In this document: positions 10,311 through 19,855 of the stretch, one piece after another
Layout of the letters: each line of letters opens with the position of its first letter
How positions within the stretch are numbered: the stretch's first letter is position 1
Source of the DNA: an uncultured Planctomycetota bacterium
GTDB taxonomy: Bacteria; Planctomycetota; Planctomycetia; Pirellulales; Lacipirellulaceae
Length of the DNA stretch: 64,000 bases
NCBI GenBank assembly: GCA_963719315.1
Contig: CAVRBU010000002.1
Span: 832,001 to 896,000 of the forward strand
Direction of reading: 5' to 3'
Program-made: the position numbers and the translations under genes
The notes under the pieces: generated by a model
Told to the model about the DNA's origin: nothing
The model's input: the letters and a program-made list of their open reading frames with translations, nothing else
Database searches by the model: none

Positions 10311-11321
10311 TTACCTGCCTGATGGACGCCGCCAAAACAGGCTACCGGCGATGCCTAACAGCACCAGCATTCCACACGCTGGTTCTGGGACCTGCGCGGC
10401 GTTGTAATGAGCGGCGATCTGTTCGTCACTTAGCGCCGCTGAATAAATTGCAACCTCGTCGATATTCCCTTCAAACGACCAAATGTCTTGACCGGTAAAC
10501 TGTTGACCGATCCAGAGGTTCGCCATTCCCGAAAACAAGGGGGAATTCAAGACGCCTGTGGTGATGGTCGCGATCGAGGTCCCGTTGATGTAAGCTTCGA
10601 TGCGCTGGCCAGGATCGTAGACGACGGCAACGTGGGTCCATTCGCCCACCGGTATATTTGCCGCAAACTCGTAGGAATTCGCGGATTGGAAACTGCCACT
10701 CGAGCTCAACGCGAATCCGATGCCCGGGGATCCATCTGGTGTTCCTAGTGTCCCGTCCGTTCCAGAATCAAAATAGAGCACGTACGCGCGGCCTGGCTGA
10801 GTGCCGGCTGTCCCCGGATCAGCGTCTGACAGGTATCGGCCTACAATTCCCTCGTTGTTGCTGGCGCCAACCAACTGGGGAGCTCGTTTAACCCAAGCTT
10901 CGAGCGTCAGTGCGCCCGTGATTGCCAAGGGACTTGAACTATCGACAACGGGAACCTCGACGCGCGGAAAAGTGTTACTCGTGGCCGTTGAGCCATCTTC
11001 GGGATCGAACAACACCGAATTGTTATTCGCTTCAAAGCTCAGGAAAGCCCCAGGCCGAGGCCCGGCTTGTCCATAATTGCTGGTATTATTAACAGTCATT
11101 CCAGGGATATTCACATAGTTGCCATCGATGCCTGACGCCGCTCCGATGTTAGCGGCCGTGGCGCCCGACGTTTCATCTAACCGATAGTAAGCCACAGGAT
11201 TGTTGGTCAGCACAGCGCTGCTGTATGTCCCGGCAAAACACCTGCTGGCACTAGCAATTGCGAAGTCAAACGCCAACAAGATTACTACGATCCGGGTCCA
11301 ATTGCGACGATCGCGTTTCAT
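10311..11321 (-). CDS. PEP-CTERM LamG-domain protein
   Basis: Signal peptide, PVAYYRLDET, LTLEAWV, WTHVAVVY, IDEVAIY, VPEP-TM-RR. Confidence 0.85.
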   Translation of the reverse strand: MKRDRRNWTRIVVILLAFDFAIASASRCFAGTYSSAVLTNNPVAYYRLDETSGATAANIGAASGIDGNYVNIPGMTVNNTSNYGQAGPRPGAFLSFEANNNSVLFDPEDGSTATSNTFPRVEVPVVDSSSPLAITGALTLEAWVKRAPQLVGASNNEGIVGRYLSDADPGTAGTQPGRAYVLYFDSGTDGTLGTPDGSPGIGFALSSSGSFQSANSYEFAANIPVGEWTHVAVVYDPGQRIEAYINGTSIATITTGVLNSPLFSGMANLWIGQQFTGQDIWSFEGNIDEVAIYSAALSDEQIAAHYNAAQVPEPACGMLVLLGIAGSLFWRRPSGR

Positions 11322-11461
11322 TAGCTAGCCCTCCACCCATGATGTGTAAACAAGACGCCTGGAAAACTTGTCGCTCTCAATCCACGGCGCTCGCGCCGCT
11401 TGTGCGAGCGCAAACCCGGCGCAGGGCAAGCGCGTCGCTCGCCTAGCACGGAGCCATATTG

Positions 11462-11492
11462 TTACGGCGCAACCGCGCCGCTTGTGGACAGT
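11462..11492 (-). promoter_or_regulatory. Putative ECF sigma promoter driving the PEP-CTERM genes
   Basis: Minus strand ACTGTCCA-N14-GCGCCGTAA; twin motif on the plus strand at 11593-11622. Confidence 0.55.
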
Positions 11493-11592
11493 AAATGGGC
11501 GGGAATCAGAAAAATCCCAACGCTGGCCAGAAAATTTGACGGACTTGAATCCGACCGCCATGATTCATTTTTTCGCAATAACTAGCGCGAAA

Positions 11593-11622
11593 ACTGTCCA
11601 TAATTCGCACCTCGCGCCGTAA
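11593..11622 (+). promoter_or_regulatory. Putative autoregulatory ECF sigma promoter
   Basis: ACTGTCCA-N13-GCGCCGTAA upstream of the sigma gene; CGT-containing -10 element typical of ECF promoters. Confidence 0.55.
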
Positions 11623-11794
11623 AGCTGTGCGAGCTTCGCTCAACGATTAGATTGAGCTTCGCACAAAGAGAATTTCCTGCTTGCCGAGCGGGACGTTGGA
11701 TGATTTGCGGACCACGGATTCACGCCAAGTTTCCTTCCGGCAGAAGGGACTTACCAACGCATTTTGGGCGATGCCGCTTAGTTTGGGGCAGCCG

Positions 11795-12319
11795 ATGCCG
11801 GACGCGGTTAAAGAACAATTTGTTCGTTTGATGGCCATGCACGGGCGGCGGCTCTATGCCTATGTGCTGAGTCTCGTGCCAAATTGGGCCGATGCCGACG
11901 AAGTTTTCCAGGAGACGAGCGTGCGCCTGTGGCGCGATTTTTCCGACTTCGAGCCGAACAGCAATTTCCCGGCCTGGGCCACGCGCGTCGCGTATTTTCA
12001 GGTGCTCACGTGGCGGAAGCGGGCGGCCAGAAGTCAGCTCGTGTTCGACGACGACGTATTGCAGTTGATCGCTGTTCGCCACGAGGTGCTCGTCCCTTTC
12101 GCCGAGACGCGGCACCACGCATTGGGAAAATGCTTGCAGGAGTTGAACGGCCATAGTCGCGATCTATTGTCGCGCTGCTATGCACCAGGCGCCCAAGTGA
12201 AAGATGTGGCGGAAACCCTGGGGCGAAAGTTGCCGGCAGTTTACAAATCGCTGCAACGAATTCGCGCCGCACTCCGCGAATGCATTGAACGGCGATTGAA
12301 GGCGGAGGGCGTGATGTGA
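11795..12319 (+). CDS. ECF RNA polymerase sigma-70 factor (Planctomycete/Verrucomicrobia type)
   Basis: LYAYVLSLV, ADEVFQET, NFPAWA and VYKSLQRIRAALRECIERR; start uncertain (11771 or 11795). Confidence 0.9.
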   Translation: MPDAVKEQFVRLMAMHGRRLYAYVLSLVPNWADADEVFQETSVRLWRDFSDFEPNSNFPAWATRVAYFQVLTWRKRAARSQLVFDDDVLQLIAVRHEVLVPFAETRHHALGKCLQELNGHSRDLLSRCYAPGAQVKDVAETLGRKLPAVYKSLQRIRAALRECIERRLKAEGVM

Positions 12320-13833
12320 CACCCGAGGAACGAGACATCTCGGAGCGCCTGCACGAGCTCGTGCTTTTCCAGTTGGAAGGAAGTCCGGCTGCAGACGAGC
12401 AGCGCGAGCTGACGCAACTTCTGCGCGATTACCCCTGGACTCAGGAACTATACATTGAATTCATTCAAGATACGGCGAGCTTGAGGTGGTGGAGCGCAAA
12501 CGTCTCCGAAACGATTGCGGGCCGCGAAATAGTGCCTATCACTCCCACCCGGAACTCGTCGCCGAGGCGCATGAGGACGGCCCTTCCGTTGATCGCGGCG
12601 CTAGCGGCCTCGGTGCTTGTCATACTCGGGGTGGCGTGGACGTCCCGTTTTCACAAGCAACCGTCCGTCAGCGACGCCGGGAAGCCGCCCGTAATTCAAA
12701 CGACAGAAGCACCACCAATACTTCCCGCCCCCAAAGCACAACCAGTGGAAGCAAGCCAGCCGTCAGGCGTGGCGGTCGTAACGCGGCTGCGCAGCGTCCA
12801 GTGGGCCAAGGGCGCCGGCAATGTGGTGGAATTGAGCCGGCTAGCCGTTGGTCAAGTGTTGCAATTCGAGCAGGGCGAGATGGAGATCGATTTCGATCAG
12901 GGCGTTAAGCTGGCCGTCCGTGGTCCGGCGCGGGTTGAAATTCGTTCGGCCAGCGAAGTATTTAGTACGTCTGGCGTACTTGCCGCGCGGGTGGGCAAAA
13001 CCGGCATCGGTTTCACGATCGTCACGCCGGCCGGCCGAATAACTGATCTCGGCACGGAGTTCGGCGTCGCGGTTGGTGATCAGGGCGCTACCGATGTGGC
13101 TGTTTTCCGCGGGGCAGTCGATCTGACCTACGGACCGCGGGCCAGCAAGCTCGAGCCGAGCATGAGTCGCCGGCTCGTGCAGGGTCAGGCATTGCGGCTT
13201 GACTCCGATGGACACATGCGGCGGTTGGTCTCCATCGACGACACCCGCTTTCCCAATGTTGATATCGCGTCAACTCCTAAGGGCGTGCACCGGCCGTCGA
13301 TCATCACGGATGTCCGCGACAATATTCGGGACGGCATGGATGCGAAGTTTTACCGCATCGTCCCTGGCGGGCTGCGCGAAGATGCACCGGCCTACGTGGA
13401 TCGAGAGCATCAGTGGAACGGCCTCGACGCCTCGGGAATTCCGCCCATCCTCCTGGGGGCAGACTACGTGATGCCATTCAACGGCGACAAGCTGCTGCCA
13501 AAGCTCAATGTCAGGGTGACGATCGGTCGCCCGGCCAGGTTATTCATCTTCTTGAGCGACGTGGCTCGAGTTCCCGCGTGGCTTACCAAGGATTTCGTGA
13601 AAACCGATCTGCGGATCGGATTGGATGAATCGGCGGAGTTTTCCAATCCCGCTTACAAACTGGCAGTCGGCGCAGGCAAGGGAATCAATACGAAGTTTTC
13701 GGTGTGGAGCAAGGAGATTCCTGAGCCGACGACAATTACGCTGGGCAGCATTCAACAGGGCAAGCGGGCTTGGGGCTTTTGCATGTACGGCATCGCGGCG
13801 GTGCCGCTGGAAGCCGCCAAGGACAAGGACTGA
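12316..13833 (+). CDS. FecR-domain anti-sigma factor
   Basis: Overlaps the sigma stop (GTGA); single TM; FecR motif GFTIVTPAGRITDLGTEFGV, VAVFRGAV. Confidence 0.85.
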   Translation: MTPEERDISERLHELVLFQLEGSPAADEQRELTQLLRDYPWTQELYIEFIQDTASLRWWSANVSETIAGREIVPITPTRNSSPRRMRTALPLIAALAASVLVILGVAWTSRFHKQPSVSDAGKPPVIQTTEAPPILPAPKAQPVEASQPSGVAVVTRLRSVQWAKGAGNVVELSRLAVGQVLQFEQGEMEIDFDQGVKLAVRGPARVEIRSASEVFSTSGVLAARVGKTGIGFTIVTPAGRITDLGTEFGVAVGDQGATDVAVFRGAVDLTYGPRASKLEPSMSRRLVQGQALRLDSDGHMRRLVSIDDTRFPNVDIASTPKGVHRPSIITDVRDNIRDGMDAKFYRIVPGGLREDAPAYVDREHQWNGLDASGIPPILLGADYVMPFNGDKLLPKLNVRVTIGRPARLFIFLSDVARVPAWLTKDFVKTDLRIGLDESAEFSNPAYKLAVGAGKGINTKFSVWSKEIPEPTTITLGSIQQGKRAWGFCMYGIAAVPLEAAKDKD

Positions 13834-13855
13834 CGGGCGCAGAGAGAAATCAATC

Positions 13856-14923
13856 ATGCCGAACTTCTTGAGCAGCGATCACCATCGGAACAACCGATCG
13901 GGCTTTACCCTGGTCGAGTTGCTCGTGGTCATCGCGATCATCGGAATCCTGGTTGCGCTATTGCTGCCGGCGGTGCAAGCGGCTCGCGAAGCGGCGCGCC
14001 GGACGCAGTGCGTTAACCATCTCAAGCAGCTTAGCCTAGCCACGCACAACTATCTCTCGGCCCGCAAGACGTTTCCTCCCGGCGGCCACCTGTGTGAAAT
14101 CCAAGGGTTTTATCAGCAGACCATTCCGTACGTTGAAGATGAGAACTTGTACGACCAGTTAGACACTTCGAAGAACCTCTGGTCGAGACGAAGTGTGAAC
14201 GCGGCGAATGCCGATCTAATCGCCAAATGGGATCCGCCCTATTTGTTCTGCCCGTCCAGCAGCCTTCCAACGCGGATCATTGGCGCGGTGGGCGGTAGCA
14301 ACATCGACAACACGAACGCGGACATGGAGGGTCATCCGATCGCGATGTACGTTGGAATTGCCGGCGCCACCGACGGCGCCACCAACAGCGCTGTTTACCG
14401 GCAATGCACCAATGCGTCGCGAGGCATTTATTGTCGCAATGGAATCATTTACGACGAAAGTTACACGAAACCTAAGGAAATAATCGACGGACTATCGAAG
14501 ACATTACTGCTCGGCGAACAATCGGATTGGGGCCAACAACGAACTTTGACGATCGGCCAGCAGCGCGATATCCGCAGCGGCACAACGGGCGGGCCATTCA
14601 GCAGTACCTGCCATGAGATTTGGGTTAGCAATAAGACAAATCCTCAGCCGTTTCAATTGAGCGAACTCACCGGTAAGAATATCTATTTTTACAATTTGAC
14701 GGCAGTTCGCTATGCCATCAACGACAAGGAATGGACATCGTTACGGACCGCCGGTAAAAGCGATTTCGGAGAGTTGAACAAAGCCATTCAGTCCGCCCAT
14801 TCCGGCGGAGCAAATGTCTCGTTTGCCGATGGAAGCGTTCGATTTCTGGATGAGAATATCGCGCTGGGCGTTCTCTTGGCGCTCGCCGCCCGCAATGACG
14901 ACGTCGTTGTCGATCTGCCATAG
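13856..14923 (+). CDS. DUF1559 prepilin-type N-terminal cleavage/methylation domain protein
   Basis: [35 protein letters not shown]-terminal H-X9-DG motif (SAHSGGANVSFADGSV). Confidence 0.92.
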   Translation: MPNFLSSDHHRNNRSGFTLVELLVVIAIIGILVALLLPAVQAAREAARRTQCVNHLKQLSLATHNYLSARKTFPPGGHLCEIQGFYQQTIPYVEDENLYDQLDTSKNLWSRRSVNAANADLIAKWDPPYLFCPSSSLPTRIIGAVGGSNIDNTNADMEGHPIAMYVGIAGATDGATNSAVYRQCTNASRGIYCRNGIIYDESYTKPKEIIDGLSKTLLLGEQSDWGQQRTLTIGQQRDIRSGTTGGPFSSTCHEIWVSNKTNPQPFQLSELTGKNIYFYNLTAVRYAINDKEWTSLRTAGKSDFGELNKAIQSAHSGGANVSFADGSVRFLDENIALGVLLALAARNDDVVVDLP

Positions 14924-15035
14924 TTGAGACGTGCGAAGTGGGTCAATCCACTCTTTTTTTATGGTCGTTCCGCTGAGTTTTGTGGCTTCGCAATATCGGC
15001 ATCGTCGACCGGGTCGCCGCGGTAGAGCCCGCTTG

Positions 15036-15455
15036 ATGCTAAGTGCGCTATTGCTCGGAGCCATCGCTGGTTGCGGAAAGTCACATCGGCCGGAGGGAAT
15101 CGTCAACGGAATCGTATCATTCGATTCGCAACCAGTTGCCGAAGGACATGTCGTCTTCGAGAATCGTAGCATGGGCTGGCTGCGGGTCGCGGAACTCGAC
15201 TCAGAAGGACGATACCAAATAGCGAATGTGCCGTTTGGCGAGTACACTGTTACTATTCAACCACTCGAACCGAAGCGCCTGGACGAAACAACTGGGAGTC
15301 CGGCAGAAATTCGAGCTCAAATGGCAACAGCCAAAGCGCCGGACCCCAAGAACATCCCACGACCGTATCGAGCATTCGAAACGAGCCCTCTGAAACGAAG
15401 CGTAAAGGCCGGTAACAATGAGTTCAATTTCGAGCTGACCGAGAAATCAAAATAG
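15036..15455 (+). CDS. Lipoprotein with carboxypeptidase regulatory-like domain (typical DUF1559 partner)
   Basis: Lipobox IAGC, GIVSFD, GEYTVTI, IPRPY, GNNEFNFEL; start uncertain. Confidence 0.75.
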   Translation: MLSALLLGAIAGCGKSHRPEGIVNGIVSFDSQPVAEGHVVFENRSMGWLRVAELDSEGRYQIANVPFGEYTVTIQPLEPKRLDETTGSPAEIRAQMATAKAPDPKNIPRPYRAFETSPLKRSVKAGNNEFNFELTEKSK

Positions 15456-15464
15456 ACTGCCCCA

Positions 15465-16745
15465 ATGAGTGCTCAATCTCGGCGCGAGTTTCTGCGAAGT
15501 GTGGCGTTGGCCGCGCCTGGAGTCGGCGCAATTGCCCCTCGCTTTCTGTGGGCGGGGGGAAATGCGACCGACCAAGCGCTGCCGCCTGTTCGCCAAATCA
15601 CGAAGGGGCCGCGGTTTCATTGGTTCGGCTACTACGACAAGTTCCAGTTCTCGCCCGACAATCGCTTCGTGCTTGGCAACCAGGTCGGTTTCGAACACCG
15701 CACGCCGAATCCGGACGAAGTCATTCAGGTCGGGATGGTGGATACGCACGACGGCGACAAGTGGATTGAACTTGGTGAAACGCGGGCCTGGTGCTGGCAG
15801 CAGGGGTGCATGCTGCAATGGATTCCTGGCAGCAAAAGCGAAATCATCTGGAACGATCGCAACGGCGACGATTTCATCGCGCACATTCTGAATGTCGAAA
15901 CGAACAAGAAACGCACGCTGCCGCACCCGATCTACAACATCAGCCCGGACGGCAAGACGGCCATCGCGCCGAGCTTTTCGCGGCTGCACGATCGTCGCCC
16001 CGGCTATGGCTACGCCGGCGTACCCGATCCGTGTCGAGACGCCGCCGCGCCCGAAGAGATTGGCCTTTGGCAAATCGATATGCAATCCGGTATGCAAAAG
16101 TTGCTGTTCAGCTTGGCCGACGCGAAGGCGATCCCTTATACCGGCAATCCGCGAATGGCCTTTTCGGACAAGGCCCGGCATTGGTTCAACCACCTCCTGT
16201 TCAATCCGGATGGCGGCCGTTTTTTCTTCCTGCACCGATGGGAGCTCCCCAAAGGCAACTTCGGTACTCGGGCGTTTACGATCAACGCCGACGGCACCGA
16301 CCCGTTCATTCTCGATACCTTCGGTTATACGTCGCACTTCATTTGGCGCGATCCGCAGCACGTGATGGCGTGGTCGTGGCATCCGTCGCACAAAGCCAGC
16401 TTTTATCTGTACACCGACCAGACCGACATCGTCGAACAAGTCGGGGCCAATGTAATGACGGAGAACGGCCATAACACCTACGTGCCCGGCACCAATAGCC
16501 AACTGGTGTTGTGCGATACATACCCCGACGCCAAGCGGCTGCAGCATCCCTATCTCTATTCCATCGCCAGCAACCGCAAGTTGCCACTCGGCCATTTCCA
16601 CAGCCCGCCGGCGTACACGGGCGAGTGGCGGTGCGACACGCACCCGCGCAACAGTCGCGACGGCAAATTGGTGTGCATCGATTCGCCCCACAACGGCGGC
16701 CGGCAGATGTATCTCATCGATATCAGCGCGCTTGTCCAAGCCTGA
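15465..16745 (+). CDS. Tat-exported beta-propeller protein (TolB/oligogalacturonate lyase-like)
   Basis: SRREFL twin-arginine signal; HWFGYYDK, WQQGCMLQW, HWFNHLLFNPDG, RCDTHPR. Confidence 0.7.
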   Translation: MSAQSRREFLRSVALAAPGVGAIAPRFLWAGGNATDQALPPVRQITKGPRFHWFGYYDKFQFSPDNRFVLGNQVGFEHRTPNPDEVIQVGMVDTHDGDKWIELGETRAWCWQQGCMLQWIPGSKSEIIWNDRNGDDFIAHILNVETNKKRTLPHPIYNISPDGKTAIAPSFSRLHDRRPGYGYAGVPDPCRDAAAPEEIGLWQIDMQSGMQKLLFSLADAKAIPYTGNPRMAFSDKARHWFNHLLFNPDGGRFFFLHRWELPKGNFGTRAFTINADGTDPFILDTFGYTSHFIWRDPQHVMAWSWHPSHKASFYLYTDQTDIVEQVGANVMTENGHNTYVPGTNSQLVLCDTYPDAKRLQHPYLYSIASNRKLPLGHFHSPPAYTGEWRCDTHPRNSRDGKLVCIDSPHNGGRQMYLIDISALVQA

Positions 16746-16878
16746 CATTGCGGTGCCACGCCAGGCACAATCTCCACGGCTGAACATGCGGCAATCATCT
16801 TGCAGTAATAGCCTCTGCGGATAATACTGGTCCAGCTCGCTACGCACGCTTGCCCCAATACAATCGCCCGCGCCGTTC

Positions 16879-18264
16879 ATGCAAGAACCCACAACACCGC
16901 ACCTCGATCGCGGACTGACCTTGTCGCACGCCACGTCGTTGAACGTGGCCAATATGCTGGGCGCTGGACCGTTTTTCACGATGCCGGTCATCCTGGCGAC
17001 GATGGGTGGACCGCAGTGCATGATCGGTTGGCTCGTGGCAATGCTGATTGTCATGTGCGACGGGTTGGTTTGGGCCGAGCTTGGCGCCGCGCTGCCCGGC
17101 AGCGGCGGCACATACAACTACTTGCGCGAAATCTTCAAAGGTTCGGCCTGGGGGCGATTCCTTCCCTTCCTCTTTATTTGGCAGTTCCTTGTCAGCGGCA
17201 CACTCGAGGTCGCGTCGGGCTACATTGCCGCGTCGCAATTCGTACTGTCGCTGTGGCCGGCCGCTGGAGCGAAACTTCGCGCATGGGGGCTGCCCGAGTC
17301 GGCCGTCATCGGACTGCCGGCCAGCATCTTGGTTCTGATCATCTTCCTCACGCTCTGCCAACGCATCCGATCCCTCGGTCGATTGGTAAATTTCATCATC
17401 CTCGGCGTGCTGGCCGCGGTGGGTACGGTGATCGTACTGGGGATTCGGAATTTCGATGCCGGCTTGATTACTTTTCCGGCCGGTGCTTTTCACGTCGACA
17501 AGAAATTCATGATGGGCCTCGGTCTCGCCACGAGCGTCGCAGTGTACGACTACTTAGGCTATTACAATATTTGCAATTTGGGGGAAGAAGTTCGCGCGCT
17601 GACCAAAACAATACCCCGCTCGGTGCTGCTCTCGATCGTGATCGTTGCTGCGATTTACGTGGCGATGAATCTGGCGTTCATCGGCGTCCTGCCGTGGCAA
17701 GAAATCGTGAAAGAAGGCACGCTTGCCAATAAGAACGTCGCTGGCGCGTTTATAACCAAGCTCGTCGGCGAGCGGGCCGCCATTATGTTTACCGGCCTGG
17801 TCGTTTGGACGTGCCTGGCGAGCGTGTTTGCAATGACGCTCGGTTACTCGCGAATTCTTTACGCCGCCGCCAAAAATGGGGACTTTTTCTCTTTCTTTGC
17901 AAAACTCCACCCGACGCGGCACTACCCCTGGTCTTCGCTCGCCCTGCTGAGTGCGATCACGGCGGTTCTCTGTTTTTTCCCGCTCGACAAAGTCGTGCCG
18001 GCCGCCGTCGTCGTGCGAATCGTGATTCAATTCATCGGCCAAATCTTTGCACTCCACGTCGCCCGCCGCAGCGGCAACTATGTGATGCCGTTTCGAATGT
18101 GGCTCTATCCTTTGCCCAGCCTGCTCGCACTAATCGGTTGGGTGTTGCTCCTGGCCAGCAGCGAATGGTACTTACTCAGCATCCTGATTCTTGTTTACGG
18201 CAGCGGGTTACTCGCGTACATCGTTCGCGACCAGTTCATGCCGCCCGCCGATGCTGCGGCATGA
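16879..18264 (+). CDS. APC family amino acid permease
   Basis: NMLGAGPF, WAELGAALPGSGGTY, LGEEV...TIPR; about 12 hydrophobic segments. Confidence 0.9.
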   Translation: MQEPTTPHLDRGLTLSHATSLNVANMLGAGPFFTMPVILATMGGPQCMIGWLVAMLIVMCDGLVWAELGAALPGSGGTYNYLREIFKGSAWGRFLPFLFIWQFLVSGTLEVASGYIAASQFVLSLWPAAGAKLRAWGLPESAVIGLPASILVLIIFLTLCQRIRSLGRLVNFIILGVLAAVGTVIVLGIRNFDAGLITFPAGAFHVDKKFMMGLGLATSVAVYDYLGYYNICNLGEEVRALTKTIPRSVLLSIVIVAAIYVAMNLAFIGVLPWQEIVKEGTLANKNVAGAFITKLVGERAAIMFTGLVVWTCLASVFAMTLGYSRILYAAAKNGDFFSFFAKLHPTRHYPWSSLALLSAITAVLCFFPLDKVVPAAVVVRIVIQFIGQIFALHVARRSGNYVMPFRMWLYPLPSLLALIGWVLLLASSEWYLLSILILVYGSGLLAYIVRDQFMPPADAAA

Positions 18265-18282
18265 CGCTGCCACGGCGCAGCA

Positions 18283-19251
18283 TTACTTCATCTGCCAGTG
18301 GTCGCCCGATTCGAGCAGTGATTTCGGCCCATCGCCATTGAGCCAGACTTTCGCTTGAGTATCGTGCCGCAGGTAGGCGTCCCAAAACGCAGTGCTTAAG
18401 GCCAAGATGACCCGGTGATGATTTGGGTTGCGTTTTTCCTTGTCGCCGGGGAGCGGGCGATCGGTGAATGCGGAGTGTTCGGCGTTATCGAGTACGAGCT
18501 CGTACTTCGCACCGGGCGGCAGCGCGGGAAATACCGACAATCGCGATTTGACGTCCTGGTCGCCGATCGGCGCGATATCCTTTGTGCCTGTCATCAGCAT
18601 CCAGGGAATCTTCACGTCGCCGAACGCCTGTTTCGTATCGCGGTTACGTGGCGCGCTCGGGCTGAAGGCAATGGCCGCCTTGATCCGCTTGTCGGTTAAT
18701 GAAGTCCCGCTCAGTGACAATCGCTGGCCGCTGACGGCTTGCGTCGTGACGGCGCCAAACGAATGGCCGGACATGCCGACGTGGTCCAGGCCCATCCGCC
18801 CCTTCAATTCGTTCCCTTCCGCTTGGTTCCAGCGCTCGAGCTGGTCGAGCACGGCGAGCACGTCCTTCGCACGCAGCAAGAAGTTTTTCAGGTCCGCGGC
18901 CTGCCGCATCGCCGACATCCGCTCGCCGATTGCTTTGTTTTTCCAGACTGAATCGTCGCTTCCAGGATGTTGCATGAACACGGCCACATATCCGCGCGCC
19001 GCCCAATGCTGGCCCAGATAGGCGGAGTTCTCGCGCGTGCCGCCCAGTCCGTGGCTGAATAGCACTACGGGCGCTGGCGACTTCGTCGCCGGGAGATAGA
19101 TGCGCAGCGGAATCTCGCGCGAGCGGGCATCATCCTTGACGACAATATCGAGCGACTTGACCATCGGCTCTTTCGACAATTTCAATGGATCGTATTTTTC
19201 GTTCGCGGCCGATGTCATTTGTGGCACAAACGCCATGGTTAGCAGCATCAT
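18283..19251 (-). CDS. Secreted alpha/beta hydrolase (dienelactone hydrolase/PAF-acetylhydrolase-like)
   Basis: VVLFSHGLGG, GHSFG nucleophile elbow, GTKD, AEHSAF; start uncertain. Confidence 0.8.
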   Translation of the reverse strand: MMLLTMAFVPQMTSAANEKYDPLKLSKEPMVKSLDIVVKDDARSREIPLRIYLPATKSPAPVVLFSHGLGGTRENSAYLGQHWAARGYVAVFMQHPGSDDSVWKNKAIGERMSAMRQAADLKNFLLRAKDVLAVLDQLERWNQAEGNELKGRMGLDHVGMSGHSFGAVTTQAVSGQRLSLSGTSLTDKRIKAAIAFSPSAPRNRDTKQAFGDVKIPWMLMTGTKDIAPIGDQDVKSRLSVFPALPPGAKYELVLDNAEHSAFTDRPLPGDKEKRNPNHHRVILALSTAFWDAYLRHDTQAKVWLNGDGPKSLLESGDHWQMK

Positions 19252-19435
19252 TCGCAAGCAGAAGCAATTCGACCGGTAGTAGAATGACCACAAAAAGGCA
19301 CGAATAGGCACAACAAGTTCCTCCTAATCAATGATCCACCTATTGTCGAGAAGGTATCGAGTTTGGGTAGAAAACCGTGGTGGGTCTCGCAGACTCGACC
19401 CGCCCTACGTAATCCTAGAGTTCTTTTACGACCGG

Positions 19436-19759
19436 TTACGCCACTTCCGTTCCGTGAGGCTTTCCTCTGGTGGTCGTGACTTGACTTGACGACCAAGGCG
19501 GTAGAGGTACCTGGTGAGCCTGTCGGCGGTCATCTGGGAGATTTTTCCGTTGAGCAACTCGCTGACCCGGGACTGGGTGACGTTCGAGCAGCTTTTCCAA
19601 TTGCCGGGAAGTCAATTTCTGCTTCTGGACCACCTTCATGATTTCATTGTGCAGCGATAGTTTCAGTTCGAGGACGGTCGCTTGCTCCTTGGAGAAGCCC
19701 AAGTCCTCGAAGAGTTTGTCTGTTGAGACGTGCGTTGGTTTAGTTGTATTTGCGTGCAT
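19436..19759 (-). CDS. XRE-family HTH protein (HigA-like antitoxin) with two compensating frameshifts
   Basis: LFEDLGF...KLTSRQLEKLL; the alternate frame from about 19585 reads VTQSRVSELLNGKISQMTADRLTRYLYRLG and returns to frame near 19485. Confidence 0.65.
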   Translation of the reverse strand: MHANTTKPTHVSTDKLFEDLGFSKEQATVLELKLSLHNEIMKVVQKQKLTSRQLEKLLERHPVPGQRVAQRKNLPDDRRQAHQVPLPPWSSSQVTTTRGKPHGTEVA

Positions 19760-19855
19760 TTTTCTTTTCCCCTTGCGATCTCGGGAAATGGAGGAAAGAC
19801 GGGGGCGAGATTCAAATCGAGGAGAAACGGACATTTGCTGAACTTTGCGCCGCCT

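Noticed and set aside
15447..17117. 556-aa minus-strand ORF and other long shadow ORFs (3884-5260, 22711-23916, 29244-30275)
   Set aside because: Antisense to well-supported genes, with no motifs; expected in high-GC DNA
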